A stretch of 6,925 nucleotides of DNA from Caedimonas varicaedens (GTDB lineage Bacteria; Pseudomonadota; Alphaproteobacteria; Caedimonadales; Caedimonadaceae), in assembly GCA_001192655.1 (NCBI GenBank), contig BBVC01000050.1:1-6925 (forward strand), read 5' to 3'. Made by a program: the position numbers and the translations under genes. The notes below the pieces were generated by a model. That model ran no database searches. It saw only the letters and a list, made by a program, of their open reading frames with translations, and was not told the origin of the DNA. Below, piece by piece: positions 4,953 through 6,925 of this stretch. Position 1 is the stretch's first letter. Each line of letters starts with the position of its first letter.

Positions 4953-6925
4953 ATGAAATTTGTTAAGAAAAGTTATTCTTCTTCCTCCATGCTGATCACA
5001 AAAAAAATCATAAAAAATTATGTTCGTCAGGCTGGTGGATTATTGTTTATTTTTATGGCGCTCTTCCTTTTCGCCAGTTTCATCACATACGATCGTTCCG
5101 ACCCTTCATGGAATACAGTTGTTGATGGTCCGGTTCAAAACCTGGGCGGATACTCAGGGGCTATTTGTGCGGATATCCTGATTCAATTTTTTGGAAAAAC
5201 AAGTTTCTTTTCTATTTTTGCTTTATTTCTTAATGGATTATTTGCTTTTTTCCAAACAAGCTCCAGCCGTCCTTTTTTCCGGAGACTTGTTTTTATTCCC
5301 TTATCCCAGATTATGTTCAGTTCCCTGATGACATACCTCTTTTCCCATAATATCGAAATAGGAGGCACTTGTGGAATCCTTTCACTTTCCTTTATTCCTG
5401 CCTTATTGGAAAGCCTAGATTTTCATCTTTCAACAGGGCAGATAACAACAGGACTTTTTCTCTTAACAACCTTATTTACAATTTTTGCTCTTAATCTTAC
5501 GCTTGAAGATGGACGCGCGCTCTTAAGATTTCTCTATTTAGGCACATTTGGCAGCTGGCATTATTTGCAACAGATTTTTAAGGGAACTTATCAGCACTCA
5601 ATCATCAAGCATCGAATGATGGAAAAAGTCTTCTCTCCCCTTAAACAGAAAAATGATGAAGAAGAGCAAAAAGATATTCCCTTAACAGAGAAAGACCGGG
5701 AAACAGAACCTTCACTCTTCTCTCTGAATGCCAGTCAAAAAGAAAAGAATATTTCAACTCCTTCTCCTGTAAACCTTAAGGTTGTTTCGGCCAAATCCAG
5801 AGAGCGATCCAAAACTGAAGCCACTCCCCAACCTGAACTGGATCTGCAATGCACGTATCAGCTTCCTGCACTGGGATTATTAACACCATCTCCTAGAGAA
5901 AATACGGAATCTTCTGTCAATGAATCCAGTCTGTTTGAAAGCGCAAGAGATCTGATGACAGTACTTGAGGATTTTGGTATTCGGGGAGAAATCACAAAAG
6001 TACATCCCGGGCCAGTTGTAACGCTCTATGAGTTGATCCCAGCACCCGGTATCAAGGCTTCGCGCGTCATTGGTCTTGCAGACGATATTGCACGCTCCAT
6101 GAGTGCACTGTCTACGCGTATTGCCGTGATCCCCGGACATAATGCCATCGGCATCGAGCTTCCCAATAAAGTACGACAAACTGTTTATCTGCGAGAACTT
6201 CTGACAAGTCATGATTATGAAGTCTCTGGACCAAAATTGCCTCTTGCCCTGGGTAAGGACATAGGAGGGAACCCCATCATTGCTGACCTGGCGCGCATGC
6301 CTCATTTGCTTGTAGCAGGAACGACAGGATCAGGAAAATCTGTGGCCATCAATACAATGATTCTCTCTCTTCTTTACAGGCTTTCTCCTGATCATTGCCG
6401 CTTTATTATGATCGATCCCAAGATGCTTGAACTTTCAGTCTATGACGGAATTCCCCATTTACTTTCTCCTGTCGTGACTGAATCTAAAAAGGCTGTTTTT
6501 GCTCTCAAATGGACTGTCAAGGAAATGGAAGACCGTTATCGGGCAATGTCAAAACTTGGCGTCCGAAATATTGAAGGGTATAATACTCGACTTGCCCAAG
6601 CGCTTGCTAAGGGAGAAGAACTAACGCGTCAAGTGCAAACAGGTTTTGATAGTGAAACCGGCCGTCCTATTTTTGAAACTCAGCCTCTGGACACAACGCC
6701 CTTGCCCTATATTGTGGTTGTGGTCGATGAAATGGCTGATCTCATGCTGGTTGCAGGCAAGGATATAGAAGCGACTGTTCAAAGGCTTGCCCAAATGGCG
6801 CGAGCTGCAGGAATTCACCTGATTATGGCAACCCAGCGGCCTTCTGTAGATGTTATTACGGGAACAATCAAGGCAAACTTTCCCACCCGTATCAGCTTTC
6901 AGGTTACTTCCCGTTTTGACAGCCG
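4953..6925 (+). CDS. ftsK: DNA translocase FtsK (N-terminal membrane domain, linker, and most of the motor domain; the 3' end is outside the window)
   Basis: I translated this manually because it is missing from the ORF track; it runs off the window. The frame is open from the TAG at 4917-4919 to 6925. The N-terminal hydrophobic segment is LLFIFMALFLFASFITYDRSDPSWN. Further motifs are YQLPALGLL, GEITKVHPGPVVTLYELIPAPGIKASRV, Walker A GTTGSGKS (6318-6341), Walker B PYIVVVVDEMADLM and IHLIMATQRPSVDVITGTIKANFPTRISFQV. The start could be the ATG at 4953 or the in-frame ATG at 4989; neither has a strong SD. Confidence 0.92.
   Translation, partial: MKFVKKSYSSSSMLITKKIIKNYVRQAGGLLFIFMALFLFASFITYDRSDPSWNTVVDGPVQNLGGYSGAICADILIQFFGKTSFFSIFALFLNGLFAFFQTSSSRPFFRRLVFIPLSQIMFSSLMTYLFSHNIEIGGTCGILSLSFIPALLESLDFHLSTGQITTGLFLLTTLFTIFALNLTLEDGRALLRFLYLGTFGSWHYLQQIFKGTYQHSIIKHRMMEKVFSPLKQKNDEEEQKDIPLTEKDRETEPSLFSLNASQKEKNISTPSPVNLKVVSAKSRERSKTEATPQPELDLQCTYQLPALGLLTPSPRENTESSVNESSLFESARDLMTVLEDFGIRGEITKVHPGPVVTLYELIPAPGIKASRVIGLADDIARSMSALSTRIAVIPGHNAIGIELPNKVRQTVYLRELLTSHDYEVSGPKLPLALGKDIGGNPIIADLARMPHLLVAGTTGSGKSVAINTMILSLLYRLSPDHCRFIMIDPKMLELSVYDGIPHLLSPVVTESKKAVFALKWTVKEMEDRYRAMSKLGVRNIEGYNTRLAQALAKGEELTRQVQTGFDSETGRPIFETQPLDTTPLPYIVVVVDEMADLMLVAGKDIEATVQRLAQMARAAGIHLIMATQRPSVDVITGTIKANFPTRISFQVTSRFDS

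Noticed and set aside
5183-6818. Minus-strand ORFs 5183-5368, 5880-6305 and 6621-6818
   Set aside because: All three are antisense to the continuous ftsK reading frame, which carries unmistakable FtsK motifs. They are shadow ORFs.
1-6925. CRISPR arrays, rRNA, intact tRNA or tmRNA, IS elements or transposase
   Set aside because: No spaced direct repeats of CRISPR size are visible. There are no rRNA-like stretches. The acceptor end of the tRNA-like fragment (third pair C-G) does not fit a tmRNA alanine-type stem. No transposase motifs or terminal inverted repeats were seen.

Overview
This is a low-GC bacterial chromosomal segment. Its FtsK and MutL motifs (for example GPVVTLYEL and RIAVIPGHNAIGIELPN) look alphaproteobacterial to me, but that is inference from memory, not a search. 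Two housekeeping genes anchor the window. mutL (1490-3223, +) is the endonuclease-proficient type. ftsK (4953 to beyond 6925, +) has its 3' end outside the window. Three accessory-looking items sit around and between them. (1) At the left edge, a LysR-type regulator stops at an in-frame TAG after 123 codons, so it is probably a gene remnant. It is divergent from an orphan 214-aa ORF (638-1282, +) whose motif layout resembles DarT-like ADP-ribosyltransferase-fold proteins, and no partner gene is visible. (2) An apparently intact P4-type tyrosine integrase (3409-4572, -) has all catalytic residues. (3) A 48-nt tRNA 3' fragment (4788-4835, +) runs from an anticodon-arm remnant through the encoded CCA. 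It has no 5' half, so I read it as an att junction of an integrase-borne element. Two short phased repeat sets bracket the integrase gene and look like recombinase or regulator binding sites: six TCGCAA-type hexamers at about 10-bp phasing (3309-3385), and three GGTATA(C/T) boxes with an 8-bp inverted repeat (4638-4693). I found no CRISPR array, rRNA, intact tRNA or transposase. The most novel-looking element is the orphan ART-like gene. The att and arm-site architecture around the integrase comes second. All functional assignments come from reading motifs by eye and need profile or structure searches.
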